From: Escherichia phage vB_EcoM_JNE01
Direction: 5' to 3' (one strand)
DNA length: 64,000 nt
Sequence record: OR670491
The notes beneath the pieces are model-generated. The model saw only the letters and a program-made list of their open reading frames with translations, searched no databases and was not told where the DNA came from. Position numbers and translations under genes: made by a program. Below, one piece after another: positions 10,316-20,959 of this stretch (positions within the stretch are counted from its first letter, which is position 1; the number at the start of each line of letters is the position of its first letter).

Positions 10316-12979
10316 TTATTGGCAAGCCTCAATTCGACGTGCCATTAATTCTGCACGACGTGTGGTTTGTCTGTACCAAGCAGAGTTACGGATTTGTGCA
10401 GCAGCTTGCTTGTAATCACCTTTAGCTAGACAACTAAGCATAGTTTTAAATTTAAGAACACCACCTTTACCCATCTGGAATACCATTTGACATAGAACTT
10501 GCTGTGCCATATATGGCGTTTTCATGTTATAAGATGCATAAATTGATTTAGCATCATTAATCGCTTTAGTACTGTCCCTTACAAGCATATCGTTTGCTTC
10601 TTGTTCAGTAATGCCGCCGCTGAAATTTTCACCGCTGATAATCAAGTGTCCATAACCTATAGTTGGGAATCCACGACTATCTATATATCTCCAGAATTTA
10701 CCATTACGGAAATATCCTTTCGCTGCTTGATATTGTTGAGTACCTTCATATTCTTTCAATTCAGATGTAAATTGAGCATCACCAGGTACAACTTTCCAAT
10801 CAATTGCCGTTTTATCAACGGTTCCAACATTATATGATTCTTGCTGTGATGCAGCAGGAGCAGAAGTAGTTCGTTGTGTTCTTCTACGTCTAGGAACATG
10901 ACGAGAACCACGTTGTGAATAACCCGTACCGATAGTTTTGATTTTAGTTGATACAACCAATTCATCACTATCAACTGAAGGTTGAACTACTGCTTTTGGT
11001 GCGGCTTGGTTTGTTGCCTGACCTGCAATTAAGGTTTTATTTGCTGCATCAGAACCAGTACCAGTTTGTGAAGCATAGAATAACCCTGGGTCAACAGAAC
11101 CACTGAAACCGTACACACTTGATGATGTAACACGAATCTCAAACATAATGACACCATTTGCTGTACCGATTTTTTGTCCTTTTTGTACAACATCTTTATT
11201 CATCAAATCAGATTTGATATTAAAGAATACAGATTTGTATCCAGACTTATGCTGAATCAACAGTCCACCATTGGTTGCTGCGACAACACCGCCATCAGGG
11301 GCAACAATATCACCTCTGCATTGGATTTCCCAACCACTACTATCAACTTTACCACCACCTGCGACTGGTACGTTTTTACCCCAGTAACCATTCTGACGAA
11401 TAGTACCGCTACATGGCATAAACATATGCAAACCTTCATATGTAATCGTATATCCGGTCATACCAGGATCAGAAGTCATTAAATCTTCGGATTGAACTGA
11501 TTCTGTTTCTTGTGTATAGTTAATAAATTGTACTGCTTCTGTATCTTGTGCTTCTGCTAGTTCAGGAGCTACGTCATTAGCTGGTTGTGGCTGTACTGGT
11601 GCAGTAGTTGATGATCTACCACCACCTTGATATGGAGGCTCAACAGTACTTCCATGATTTTCTGCATCAACCCAGTTAGAAATGTTATGAATATGGTCAT
11701 TTAATCCAGCAGAAGGTGTTTTAAAATCAGGAGCAGAGAACATTGCAGTACCAGTATTACCTGCACTATCAACAGTTAAGTTCTGACCACCACCACTGAT
11801 GTTTACAGATGAACCACCTATTACGTTTGCACTGCTTGAACCTTTAATAGATGCAGATGAGCCAGCAGTGATATCAGTACTGCTACCACTTTGTAAACGT
11901 AGAGAAGCGGCTGTTACTAGACGTAAATCTGCACCAGAGTTCAATACAATTTGACCACCTACTTTTGCATCCAAATTACCAATTAAATCTAATTTAGTTT
12001 TACCACCAATTCGGGCATTTAGGTCTTGTCCACTCTCTATATTATAAGAACGTCCTGCAACCATGTTAATATCTTGACCAGCACGAATGTTAATGTTCTT
12101 ATCACAGTGCATGTCAATATCACCGTCACCTGAGAATCTAATACGTGCAGTACCGTCACGGTTAATCAATAGAACGTCTCCAGTGGCTTCAGAAAGCAAC
12201 AATTGAGCACCACTGCGTGTCTTTATGACTACACCTTCATTCTTACGAGAACCAACTCTGGTGTCGTTTACGGGGTTATTAAATTGTGTATCCTGGTAAC
12301 CATCTGGATCATCATCCCAAGATGGAGCAGTTAATTCTTCTTCAGTGTATCCATCATCAATAATAAAACTATTCCCGCGTGGTGATGACATACCATAGAC
12401 AGTACTGGTAGTTTGTCGAGTACTGCTGCGGTTTGCTACGCCTGCTTCTTCATCATATAGCAAGTTTTGCTTTTTAAGACCTGCGATGATAGGCACGTTT
12501 GCATATTTTTCTTGTGTAGTTGATGAAAGTGTGTTACGGTCATAGTCAGTTACTGGTAATGGCATATCAGTACCACCATAGTTACTTACTTCGGTAGCCA
12601 TACCAGGAACCATAGTGTTCATTCGTTGATCATAAACACACCCAATCCAGTATGCTTGGAATGTACGAGCCTGTGCAAATATAACAACCACAGTACAACC
12701 AACATCTGGAGGTACAGCCCAAAAACCATACCCTTTAGGGAACTGACCATAAGCTTCCGCACTTGGAATGCCTGGTGTTTTCCCTGCGAATGGAGACATG
12801 TAAGATGCTTCAATCCATGACTCCTTCGAGTTCTTGTCACTTTGTGAACCCTGAATCCATACTTTCAGTTTTCCTGATTTGGTAGGGTCACGGTTATCCA
12901 TTACTGTTGCCAGTTGTGGATAAGAAGGGTCGAAACGACCCAACTGTTGTTGTGCATACTTCTTACTAGTATCTGCCAT
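10316..12979 (-). CDS. Baseplate central spike gp5-like protein with beta-helix, degenerate M23/LytM-like region and C-terminal T4-type lysozyme domain
   Basis: N-terminus DNRDPTKSGKLKVWIQG resembles gp5 OB domain (DPTLKGRVKVRVHG); Gly/Ser-rich beta-helix-like repeats mid-protein; C-terminal 160 aa carry TIGYGHL / MVFQMG / WYRQT lysozyme motifs and are paralogous to the adjacent 162-aa lysozyme. Confidence 0.75.
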   Translation of the reverse strand: MADTSKKYAQQQLGRFDPSYPQLATVMDNRDPTKSGKLKVWIQGSQSDKNSKESWIEASYMSPFAGKTPGIPSAEAYGQFPKGYGFWAVPPDVGCTVVVIFAQARTFQAYWIGCVYDQRMNTMVPGMATEVSNYGGTDMPLPVTDYDRNTLSSTTQEKYANVPIIAGLKKQNLLYDEEAGVANRSSTRQTTSTVYGMSSPRGNSFIIDDGYTEEELTAPSWDDDPDGYQDTQFNNPVNDTRVGSRKNEGVVIKTRSGAQLLLSEATGDVLLINRDGTARIRFSGDGDIDMHCDKNINIRAGQDINMVAGRSYNIESGQDLNARIGGKTKLDLIGNLDAKVGGQIVLNSGADLRLVTAASLRLQSGSSTDITAGSSASIKGSSSANVIGGSSVNISGGGQNLTVDSAGNTGTAMFSAPDFKTPSAGLNDHIHNISNWVDAENHGSTVEPPYQGGGRSSTTAPVQPQPANDVAPELAEAQDTEAVQFINYTQETESVQSEDLMTSDPGMTGYTITYEGLHMFMPCSGTIRQNGYWGKNVPVAGGGKVDSSGWEIQCRGDIVAPDGGVVAATNGGLLIQHKSGYKSVFFNIKSDLMNKDVVQKGQKIGTANGVIMFEIRVTSSSVYGFSGSVDPGLFYASQTGTGSDAANKTLIAGQATNQAAPKAVVQPSVDSDELVVSTKIKTIGTGYSQRGSRHVPRRRRTQRTTSAPAASQQESYNVGTVDKTAIDWKVVPGDAQFTSELKEYEGTQQYQAAKGYFRNGKFWRYIDSRGFPTIGYGHLIISGENFSGGITEQEANDMLVRDSTKAINDAKSIYASYNMKTPYMAQQVLCQMVFQMGKGGVLKFKTMLSCLAKGDYKQAAAQIRNSAWYRQTTRRAELMARRIEACQ

Positions 12980-12990
12980 TTTAAATTTCC

Positions 12991-15129
12991 TTATTCGATT
13001 ATACTATCATGTCGCTTCAATGCACGAATAACGATAGCGGCTTGTATTTGTTGTGTGAAAGAGCCACCTGCACCAAAATCATGAACAATCTTATTAATTC
13101 GATAGATAGTTTGGTTAAATGTAGTTGGAGTTGTGATATCCAATACACCAGTATTATCATTGATAGATACAACTGGTTGCAATTTCAATAAAAGATAAGC
13201 TTCGGATGTTATATAGTTTGCAACGTGGTAATCTTCTGGATTTATTTCCATATCTTCACCATTGATAACTTGTTCAAGATATTGGAGATAAGAATAGTCA
13301 CTCCAGCCAATCCAGAATGGGTCACCAACAACTTTCATATCTAATTTACACAAGAATGGTCTATTATAATAGTTGTCACGTATTTTACGTCTATCCATTT
13401 CATATGTGCTACTGTTATCGTTAAGAGATGCAGATAGTGTTGTTTCATTATTCGTTGCTTCGGTTGGCATAGTGAATATTTCACCATTTCTGTGACCAAT
13501 ACCATCAGTACCGGAGTCACTTGAATCATATGTAGTTACATAGTCTTCAATATAATCAGGTAATACGTTAACTTGATAGTTATTAAGTCTGTCTTGTTCA
13601 TCAGATGCACCAACTTGCATGATATTCTTAGCTGCGTTCTCAACTTTATCCAATAATTCCTGCTGTGCTTGTGTAATCATACCACCAACACTCTTAGTTG
13701 CACGAATATCCTTTGTTGCAGCCCATGCTTCGGGTATACTATTGTACTGAACACCTTGAATATTCAATTCTTGTGATGCGTGAGTGCCCTGATGGTTCGC
13801 TACATCTTGGATTGGGCCTGGGTTGCGAGTAGTTGCAACAAAAAATTGCTGATCGAACTTCAAGTCCAAATCCAATACTTCTGTGTTTAAACCAGAGAAT
13901 TGATAATTATAAGTTTTCATGTTTATTTTTGGTTTATTGTCATTTGGGTCAACATATTTCTCTGCGTTCTCAAAAAAGTACTCAAATGTGAAGTTTTCTG
14001 GTTGCAAATCGTTCTCATGAACGACATCACCAATTTTAAATCTCACAATATAGAAAACGACCTTATAAACTGATGTGTTACGATAATTATCGAACCCTAC
14101 ATATTGTTTAACCGGAATAATGTTAACAAATTGACGTACACTGGTACTTTCATCAGCCCTTACTGTGCATGTATCAATAACATCATCGATAATACGAGAT
14201 ATTGGTGTACTTGGGTTCCATGAGAAGTTTTTAGAACCCTGACTTCCACTCTTTGTCGCACCAGTTTCTGCCATTTGCTTTGAATCATAGTTAATTATCA
14301 AATCTTGTAGGTCTGGTGCGACTTTAAACTCAAAGAACTTACCTTCAGATAGTTCACTGAATTTATAACGCAAGTAACCGTATTGCTGATCAGCCATTTG
14401 ATTCAATTTGTCTTCAATATCAAAACAAAAATCACCAAAGTTCTCTGCTACACAGGTGAATGGTTCTTTTAAAGTCCATTCCACGTTATCTACAAGGGCC
14501 GCACGGTTGTGTACTAACGATAATGTGTACAGCATAGTACTTCCACTCTCAGATGCACTTGCTGCAACACTGTTAATCTTAACAGACCATTTACGGGTAG
14601 TGTCTGGAATTACTTCTGGACGACCATCAGCATTAAAACCTATAAATTTCAATTCTAATATCAAAGGTAAGTCCATAAATTTATGGTAACGTAATTTATT
14701 ACTTAAAGAAATTAGTTCATCATACAAACTCATACTATTGTTTTCAGATATCTTCATTACTGCGGTGTTGAAGCAGTAGTTAGTAGTCATGCCAGGTGTT
14801 GATGGTCCTGCTTGCGTCATCTGAACACTTGTGATATTATACTTACCAGTTACACCACTTTCCGATATAACATGACGTTGAACTTCAGCATTTGGCAAGA
14901 GCCAGAAGTTTTTGAAGTCATCTTTATCAAGTGCAAACAAAGAAAAGTGCCATGTTGGGTTGTCATACTTAAGAAGCTTGTTCTCATAAGGTATAACGAA
15001 CTCCGACAAGTCCAAATCTTCATACACTTGGTCAACACTAGTGTTTTGTTTAGGAAGTGATTGCAAATTACTTACTTGTGCTTTATAATTGTTCTTAAGG
15101 TTTGATGCCATACCTTTAATGTCTGCCAT
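12991..15129 (-). CDS. Baseplate structural protein (hub candidate, gp27/gpD position)
   Basis: 712-aa ORF directly upstream of gp5-like spike in same operon; no motif-level match verified. Confidence 0.35.
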   Translation of the reverse strand: MADIKGMASNLKNNYKAQVSNLQSLPKQNTSVDQVYEDLDLSEFVIPYENKLLKYDNPTWHFSLFALDKDDFKNFWLLPNAEVQRHVISESGVTGKYNITSVQMTQAGPSTPGMTTNYCFNTAVMKISENNSMSLYDELISLSNKLRYHKFMDLPLILELKFIGFNADGRPEVIPDTTRKWSVKINSVAASASESGSTMLYTLSLVHNRAALVDNVEWTLKEPFTCVAENFGDFCFDIEDKLNQMADQQYGYLRYKFSELSEGKFFEFKVAPDLQDLIINYDSKQMAETGATKSGSQGSKNFSWNPSTPISRIIDDVIDTCTVRADESTSVRQFVNIIPVKQYVGFDNYRNTSVYKVVFYIVRFKIGDVVHENDLQPENFTFEYFFENAEKYVDPNDNKPKINMKTYNYQFSGLNTEVLDLDLKFDQQFFVATTRNPGPIQDVANHQGTHASQELNIQGVQYNSIPEAWAATKDIRATKSVGGMITQAQQELLDKVENAAKNIMQVGASDEQDRLNNYQVNVLPDYIEDYVTTYDSSDSGTDGIGHRNGEIFTMPTEATNNETTLSASLNDNSSTYEMDRRKIRDNYYNRPFLCKLDMKVVGDPFWIGWSDYSYLQYLEQVINGEDMEINPEDYHVANYITSEAYLLLKLQPVVSINDNTGVLDITTPTTFNQTIYRINKIVHDFGAGGSFTQQIQAAIVIRALKRHDSIIE

Positions 15130-15140
15130 AATTTACTCCG

Positions 15141-15455
15141 TTAACCTACGTTACGTGTACCATTTAAGAATGTTTGTACACGCTGACTTGATGGGATGCG
15201 AATTGATACTCCACTTTTGAAGTTGTAGATTGGGTCAGAACCCAAAATGTTGGGATTCAAAAGGGCAAAAACATAGTACAGGCGTTCGTTACCATACATT
15301 TCATATGCTAAACGCCAAGGTTGAAATTCATACTTAGGGGGAATTTCATAGATATCATCGGTATCTGCTGGAACAATATCTCGTGGTAGATTGTACCCTA
15401 GATACCAGGTTTGTTTCACCTTAGCATAAGGTGAATATTGACTATATGTTGACAT
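15141..15455 (-). CDS. LysM-like small tail/baseplate protein (P2 gpX-like)
   Basis: C-terminal LAYEMYGNERLYYVFALLNPNILGSDPIYNFKSGVSIRIP fits LysM pattern; typical position upstream of hub gene. Confidence 0.4.
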   Translation of the reverse strand: MSTYSQYSPYAKVKQTWYLGYNLPRDIVPADTDDIYEIPPKYEFQPWRLAYEMYGNERLYYVFALLNPNILGSDPIYNFKSGVSIRIPSSQRVQTFLNGTRNVG

Positions 15456-16186
15456 TAAATAAATCCTCCATTGCGTAATAGTTCACCACGTTTAAATGAA
15501 TTCAAGTTGAATTTCTTCGTCATGAAATCAGACGTGGGTTGTTCTTCCAACTGAATAACAACTGAAATCTTTTGAGGAACCCATACTTCATCTTGTGGAT
15601 TCATATAGCCAGTACTTCTAAGTTGGTTGAAGAACTCACGACTATCTTTATCAGCTAAGTTGAAAGTACTGTTACTACTATCTAGTGGTACTTGAATATA
15701 CGATACATCGTTTGGGTATGTAAAGTTATAAGATTTCATAATTACAGGAATATCATTATATGTATAACGACCATAACCACTTAAAAGTAAAATTGGTGGT
15801 GGAGCACCAGGTATCGCCAGTTCAGGGTTGTTGGCGGCAGCAGCCTGACGACCAAAATCCATCAACGATACTGAACGGATGAAGTGCATACATGCTAGTG
15901 TATAAAGTGCTTCAGCCGCAGTATTTGCATAGAATTCACCTTGGATAGTGAAGACTGTGTTTGTTGTGTTTTTGTAGTTGTTATAGTTACTGTTTGTGTG
16001 TATAGGCGACTGTGTTTCATATTGCACAGATCTTTGTTCGGAAATTGTAGGTGTTACAGTCCAGACAAGACCATTAGTTGGACGCAGAAACGACAGTAAT
16101 GTAGGTTCAGCACTATTGCCAAAATCACCATATACGTAATTAGCACCTGCGGTTTTAGGTCTTAATCGAATTCTACGATCAATCAT
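15455..16186 (-). CDS. Tail/baseplate-associated structural protein (function unassigned)
   Basis: 243-aa ORF, first gene of minus-strand baseplate operon; start overlaps next gene (ATGTTGA-type coupling). Confidence 0.35.
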   Translation of the reverse strand: MIDRRIRLRPKTAGANYVYGDFGNSAEPTLLSFLRPTNGLVWTVTPTISEQRSVQYETQSPIHTNSNYNNYKNTTNTVFTIQGEFYANTAAEALYTLACMHFIRSVSLMDFGRQAAAANNPELAIPGAPPPILLLSGYGRYTYNDIPVIMKSYNFTYPNDVSYIQVPLDSSNSTFNLADKDSREFFNQLRSTGYMNPQDEVWVPQKISVVIQLEEQPTSDFMTKKFNLNSFKRGELLRNGGFI

Positions 16187-16248
16187 TTTGATTCTCCATT
16201 ATAAGGGAACATTTGATGTATTTATACGTGGAACAAAGTTGATTTTGG

Positions 16249-16257
16249 TGCTATAAT
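16249..16257 (+). promoter_or_regulatory. Extended -10 promoter element TGCTATAAT upstream of gp55-like gene
   Basis: TGnTATAAT match in divergent intergenic region about 55 nt upstream of ATG 16313. Confidence 0.4.
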
Positions 16258-16312
16258 AACATTGATGGTACAAGGATTGTGCCAATTGGTTTCAAAACAT
16301 GGAGAGTTAATA

Positions 16313-17152
16313 ATGTCAATTAAACCCAAGCGTAAAAAGTATCTCAACAATGCTGATTTGCTTAGAGAAATTCAGAAAAGTAAAATGTCATATTGCTGGT
16401 TGTTAGACAAAAGCTACAGTATGTACGATTACATTGTTTTTGATGAATCTGAAATTACAGCAGAAATGTTGGATAAAGCTAAAGCTGCTCGTATCAAACG
16501 TCTTAACAATGAGATGCTTGATGCAGTACGTGAAAAAGAGGGTATGAGTGCTAAGAAAGCGAAGGAATACGCAGAAGCAAACAATTTAGTACTCACTGAT
16601 GTAGCCATTGATGAAGTTGTTATTCGTGTCATCACTGATGAACATATCCAACCGGATACACGAGTGAATTTTGAACCTTTTAAACATTACATTGTTGATG
16701 AAGAAGGTATCCTGTATGAAGTTGCTCGCTCTCACTGGAAAGGTGATTTAGAAGAAGGTGAGTTCTGCTTGACACATGGCAAAATCACAAATGAACTAGG
16801 TAAGATGTTCATCAAACTAGCAGAAGAAATCTCTCACAAATCAAACTATCGTAACTATACGTATCTTGATGAAATGATGGGTGATGCTAGAATACAATTA
16901 GTTAAAAACGCACTACTCTTTAAAGAGAGTATTCTTTATAAGAAAGATAAACCAGCAGTACAGTTGAATCCTTTCTCATATTATACTTCGTTTGTCAACA
17001 ACAGTTTCAGGTCAATCCTGAACAGTGAGAAGAATGTACGTAACATCCGTGATGATCTTCTTGAGATGCATGGTTTTACACCTTCCCATACACGACAAAT
17101 TGAAATTGAAATGAATATGATTGAAAGGAAGAACGAAGATGGCTCTATTTGA
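16313..17152 (+). CDS. Late-transcription sigma factor, T4 gp55-like
   Basis: N-terminus MSIKPKRKKYLNNADLLREIQ parallels T4 gp55 KPKYNYVNNKELLQAI; RBS GGAGAG 7 nt upstream; ORF-track ORF starts further upstream at 16262. Confidence 0.6.
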   Translation: MSIKPKRKKYLNNADLLREIQKSKMSYCWLLDKSYSMYDYIVFDESEITAEMLDKAKAARIKRLNNEMLDAVREKEGMSAKKAKEYAEANNLVLTDVAIDEVVIRVITDEHIQPDTRVNFEPFKHYIVDEEGILYEVARSHWKGDLEEGEFCLTHGKITNELGKMFIKLAEEISHKSNYRNYTYLDEMMGDARIQLVKNALLFKESILYKKDKPAVQLNPFSYYTSFVNNSFRSILNSEKNVRNIRDDLLEMHGFTPSHTRQIEIEMNMIERKNEDGSI

Positions 17153-18170
17153 TAAACTGATTACATTTACTGACATTCATCTAGGATTGAAGAATAACAG
17201 TAAGCAACACAATGAAGATTGTTTAAACTTTATCCGCTTCATGATAAAGATTGCCAAAGAAAAGGGCATTACTAAATGTGCCTTTCTTGGTGATTACTTC
17301 CATAACAGAAGTAACATTAACATTCAAACATTGAACTATGGTTTAGAAATTCTACAATTACTAAATGACAACTTTGAAAAAACATATTTCTTAGTTGGGA
17401 ACCACGATATGTATCATAAAAATAAACGTGACATTACGAGTATCAATATGGCACAGGTTTATGAGAACATCGAGTTCATTAATGAGATTACTACAATCGA
17501 TGATTGTACTTTCATTCCATTTATGATTGAAGATGAATACAAACTACTACCACAACTTAAAAGTAAGTATGTTTTCGGACACCTTGAGTTGCCTGGATAC
17601 ATGCTTAACAAGATGGTTGAAATGCCAGATCATGGCAAAGAGACAGAAGGTTCATTTAGTGGGTGTGAATATGTTTTTAGTGGACACTTTCATAAGCGTC
17701 AATCTAAAATCACCCCTAAAGGTACTCGCGTAATTTATACTGGTAACTGTTTTCCGCATAATTTCTCTGACACTTGGGATGATGCTAGAGGTGTGATGAT
17801 TTTAGAACACGGAATGGAACCAATTTTCCAAACGTGGTCTGAAGCACCTAAGTATAGAACATTTACTCTTTCAGAATTACTAACCGACCCTAGTTTCTAT
17901 CTTCAAGATAATACTATTTCAAAGATTCAGGTTGATATCCAAATCACTACTGATGAGATTAGTTTTATCCGTGATACTTTTACTAAACTGTATAACATTC
18001 GTGAGTTTAACGTTGTTACCAGTAAGCAAAGTATTAAGGAATTACTTGAAGAAGGTGAAAGTTTTGAAAGTACTGAATCAGTTGATGATATTGTTATGCA
18101 ACAAATCATGGAAATTGATTCACCTATGTTCGATAAAAATCTCCTAATTCAAATTTATAGATCATTATAA
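17139..18170 (+). CDS. Recombination nuclease subunit gp47 (Mre11/SbcD-like phosphoesterase)
   Basis: Calcineurin-like phosphoesterase motifs: DIHLG, GDYFH, GNHD, SGHFH; strong similarity in pattern to T4 gp47; start alternatives 17121/17139. Confidence 0.85.
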   Translation: MALFDKLITFTDIHLGLKNNSKQHNEDCLNFIRFMIKIAKEKGITKCAFLGDYFHNRSNINIQTLNYGLEILQLLNDNFEKTYFLVGNHDMYHKNKRDITSINMAQVYENIEFINEITTIDDCTFIPFMIEDEYKLLPQLKSKYVFGHLELPGYMLNKMVEMPDHGKETEGSFSGCEYVFSGHFHKRQSKITPKGTRVIYTGNCFPHNFSDTWDDARGVMILEHGMEPIFQTWSEAPKYRTFTLSELLTDPSFYLQDNTISKIQVDIQITTDEISFIRDTFTKLYNIREFNVVTSKQSIKELLEEGESFESTESVDDIVMQQIMEIDSPMFDKNLLIQIYRSL

Positions 18171-18179
18171 GGAAATTCT

Positions 18180-20327
18180 GTGCTAAACATTACAAGTATA
18201 TCGATGAGAAACTTCTTCTCCTTTGGGAATGCACCACAAGTTATTGAAATGAATGGTGCTGATATCTCCCTAGTGCTAGGACAAAACAACGATGCAGTTA
18301 TTGAAGGTGGCGACAGTTCTGGTCGCCGTAATGGTGTAGGTAAAAGTGCCATTATACAAGGTTTAGTATATGGTTTGTTTGGCAAAAGTATTGGTAATGA
18401 TATTAAAATTCCAAACTTAGTTAATAAAACTAATGCTAAGAACTGTGAAGTAATCGTTGAGTTCGAAAAGGATGGGGTAAATTATAGAGTTGAACGTGGT
18501 AGAAGTCCTACTTACTTTAACTTTATTACTGTAGGAACTGATAATACAGTTACAGACGAATCAAGGGGTGAAAAGAAAGATACCCAAGAAGATCTAAATG
18601 AGATTTTGGGTATTTCTCAACTCCTGTTCGAACATATTGTAGTACTGAATGCTAACGTAGAACCATTTTTGGCATTAGGTGCTCAACGTCAACGTGATAT
18701 GATCGAAGAACTCCTTGGGATTACACAATTGACTGAAAAAGCTGAACTACTTAAGGATATGAACAAAGAATCCAAGCGTTTAGCAGAACAAGAGAAGTTT
18801 AAGAACGAAACAGTTGCTGCTAGTAATGAACGTATACAGAAAAGTATCGAATCATTGCAGGAACAAGCAAATAACTTCGAAATCGAGAAGTCAAAACGTG
18901 TTGAAAGTCTGGAAAGTGAGATTAGTTTGTATAGTACTGTTAACTTTGAGGATTTGTACAAAGCTGCTGCTCTTAATGAAGAAGCAATTGCTCATAACCT
19001 TAATATTGACAATCTATCCATCCGAGTACAAGATCTGGCTTCTAAATTTGAGACATACAATGCCGATTTAGAACGTAACAAAAGTATTCTTGCTCAAAAT
19101 ATCGATAATCTAAAGAACATTGATATTAATGCGGAGTTAAAGAGTCATGAAGAACTGGAAATGTGGAAACAATTAGATACTATTCTAAAAGAGAACAATA
19201 ACCAAAAGCGTTTCAAAGAACAGAAGTTAAATTCATTGAAAGCTAACCTTCAAACTTATAAAACTTCGTTTAGTGCAGAAGATAACAAACGTATTGAGTT
19301 GGAAAAGAGTAAATGTCCAACGTGTTTGACTACACTTGAACATAATGAACACACAATGTCATTGAAAGCTAAAATTCAAGAGACTATTGATTCATTACAT
19401 CTGAAAATTGATGAATGTACTCGTGAAATTGAGCAAGTAGAAGGTGAAATTGGTGCTATTGAGATCTTCGATATGCCACCTAAACCTATTACTCATTACA
19501 ATACGTTGACTGAAGCACAAATGCATGAACATAAGCTTCAAGAGTTGCAGAAAAAGTATGATGAGGTTCCAATTAATATCTATCAAGAAGAGTTGATGAA
19601 CTCCTATGATACTTTGAACTCATTAGTTCGTAAAGAAGTATCCGAGTCATTGACTCAATCAGAAGTAAGAGAGATTGAATTGGCTTATAACTCATTAAAA
19701 CAACAACTGGAACGTGAATTAGCAACGACTAATACTTTTATTAGTCAAATTAACACGCTTACTCAAGATTCACTTGTTGCAATCGATTATTCCGATTATA
19801 ATAACTTAGATAAGTTGGCTAATCACCAAGATTTCTTAGTTAAGCTGCTTCTCAATAAAGATTCATATGTTCGTAAACGTATCATTGAACAAAATATCTC
19901 ATATCTGAACAACCGTCTTCAGTACTACATCGAAATGTGTGGTTCAGAGCATAGCGTTGTGTTCCTTAACGATCTAAGCGTTGAGATTGAGAAAAGTGGT
20001 CAATACTTTGACTATAAACAATTAAGTCGTGGGGAAAGAACAAGGGTTAACATTGCGTTATCTTGTGCATTCCGTGATACTTATGAGTCTCTATATCAAA
20101 GTATTAACATTCTGATTATCGATGAGATGATTGACCAAGGTCTAGATTCAAGTGGTGTTCTTCGTGTGTGGTCTATCTTCCAAGATATGTCTGCTGTACG
20201 TGGTAAAAACGTATATGCAATTTCACACAGAGAAGAGTTGCTTTCTAAGACTGAAAAAATCCTTAAAGTAGTAAAAGAATACGGTTTCAGTACTGTTGAA
20301 TATACTACTCTGGATGATGTATTCTAA
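18180..20327 (+). CDS. Recombination ATPase gp46 (Rad50/SbcC-like)
   Basis: Walker A GRRNGVGKS, long central coiled coil, C-terminal signature/Walker B (LSRGERTRVNIAL... ILIIDE); follows gp47 as in T4; GTG start at 18180 or ATG at 18204. Confidence 0.85.
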   Translation: MLNITSISMRNFFSFGNAPQVIEMNGADISLVLGQNNDAVIEGGDSSGRRNGVGKSAIIQGLVYGLFGKSIGNDIKIPNLVNKTNAKNCEVIVEFEKDGVNYRVERGRSPTYFNFITVGTDNTVTDESRGEKKDTQEDLNEILGISQLLFEHIVVLNANVEPFLALGAQRQRDMIEELLGITQLTEKAELLKDMNKESKRLAEQEKFKNETVAASNERIQKSIESLQEQANNFEIEKSKRVESLESEISLYSTVNFEDLYKAAALNEEAIAHNLNIDNLSIRVQDLASKFETYNADLERNKSILAQNIDNLKNIDINAELKSHEELEMWKQLDTILKENNNQKRFKEQKLNSLKANLQTYKTSFSAEDNKRIELEKSKCPTCLTTLEHNEHTMSLKAKIQETIDSLHLKIDECTREIEQVEGEIGAIEIFDMPPKPITHYNTLTEAQMHEHKLQELQKKYDEVPINIYQEELMNSYDTLNSLVRKEVSESLTQSEVREIELAYNSLKQQLERELATTNTFISQINTLTQDSLVAIDYSDYNNLDKLANHQDFLVKLLLNKDSYVRKRIIEQNISYLNNRLQYYIEMCGSEHSVVFLNDLSVEIEKSGQYFDYKQLSRGERTRVNIALSCAFRDTYESLYQSINILIIDEMIDQGLDSSGVLRVWSIFQDMSAVRGKNVYAISHREELLSKTEKILKVVKEYGFSTVEYTTLDDVF

Positions 20328-20333
20328 TAACAC

Positions 20334-20359
20334 AAAAGGGAGCCTTAGCTCCCTTTTTT
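20334..20359. terminator. Bidirectional rho-independent terminator between convergent genes
   Basis: AAAA-GGGAGC-CTTA-GCTCCC-TTTTTT. Confidence 0.7.
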
Positions 20360-20836
20360 CACATGCAACATATTTAATTTACCTTCCTTGATAAGCTTCC
20401 TAGCTTGCTTTACACGAGCAGCATTGTTAGCACCAGGGATGATATCGTACTCTTCCAGAATAGCGTTCTGTTGGGCTGCTGGGAGCCTTTTAAACTTACC
20501 TACATCAACTGCTAAAGCAGTGTGGTGTATAATCTGTTCCTCTTCAGGGATGCTATTATTTTTCTCTAAATAGTCTGCAAGATTACGCAGTACTTCGTAT
20601 AGGGGTTTATCAGTTAAGTGCTTCATATAGCGATTAAAGCTGTTCTGAACCTTTCCTTCCCATGCGTTCACTTCATTCTGGAGTACTTCACGACAGTGTT
20701 GATTCTCGAAGTGATAGTGATCCAGTACTGGTTTAGTGATAGTTTCTTTGATGATAGGATCTATACCTTTTTGTTTTTTAAGTAATTCATTTCGATAGTT
20801 TGCAGCGTCTTTACTATCTTTCAATCTTCGTTTCAT
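20345..20836 (-). CDS. Hypothetical protein (163 aa)
   Basis: ORF with plausible length and context; no recognisable motif. Confidence 0.5.
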   Translation of the reverse strand: MKRRLKDSKDAANYRNELLKKQKGIDPIIKETITKPVLDHYHFENQHCREVLQNEVNAWEGKVQNSFNRYMKHLTDKPLYEVLRNLADYLEKNNSIPEEEQIIHHTALAVDVGKFKRLPAAQQNAILEEYDIIPGANNAARVKQARKLIKEGKLNMLHVKKGS

Positions 20837-20949
20837 AAATCCCCTCTTAACTAATTCCTATTGAAATATTTATGCGTTAGTTTTCAGTGCAGGAACTAAG
20901 TACTTTTTCATAAAAAAATCACATAATACTGAGACACTTTTAAAAAATG

Positions 20950-20958
20950 TGCTATAAT
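20950..20958 (+). promoter_or_regulatory. Extended -10 promoter TGCTATAAT reading into ORF-free region
   Basis: TGnTATAAT match; no protein gene downstream on plus strand. Confidence 0.4.
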
Positions 20959-20959
20959 G

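Noticed and set aside
17527-20573. Numerous 60-90 aa ORFs nested in gp47/gp46 and other large genes
   Set aside because: Embedded in or antisense to well-supported genes; no RBS; typical AT-rich background ORFs.
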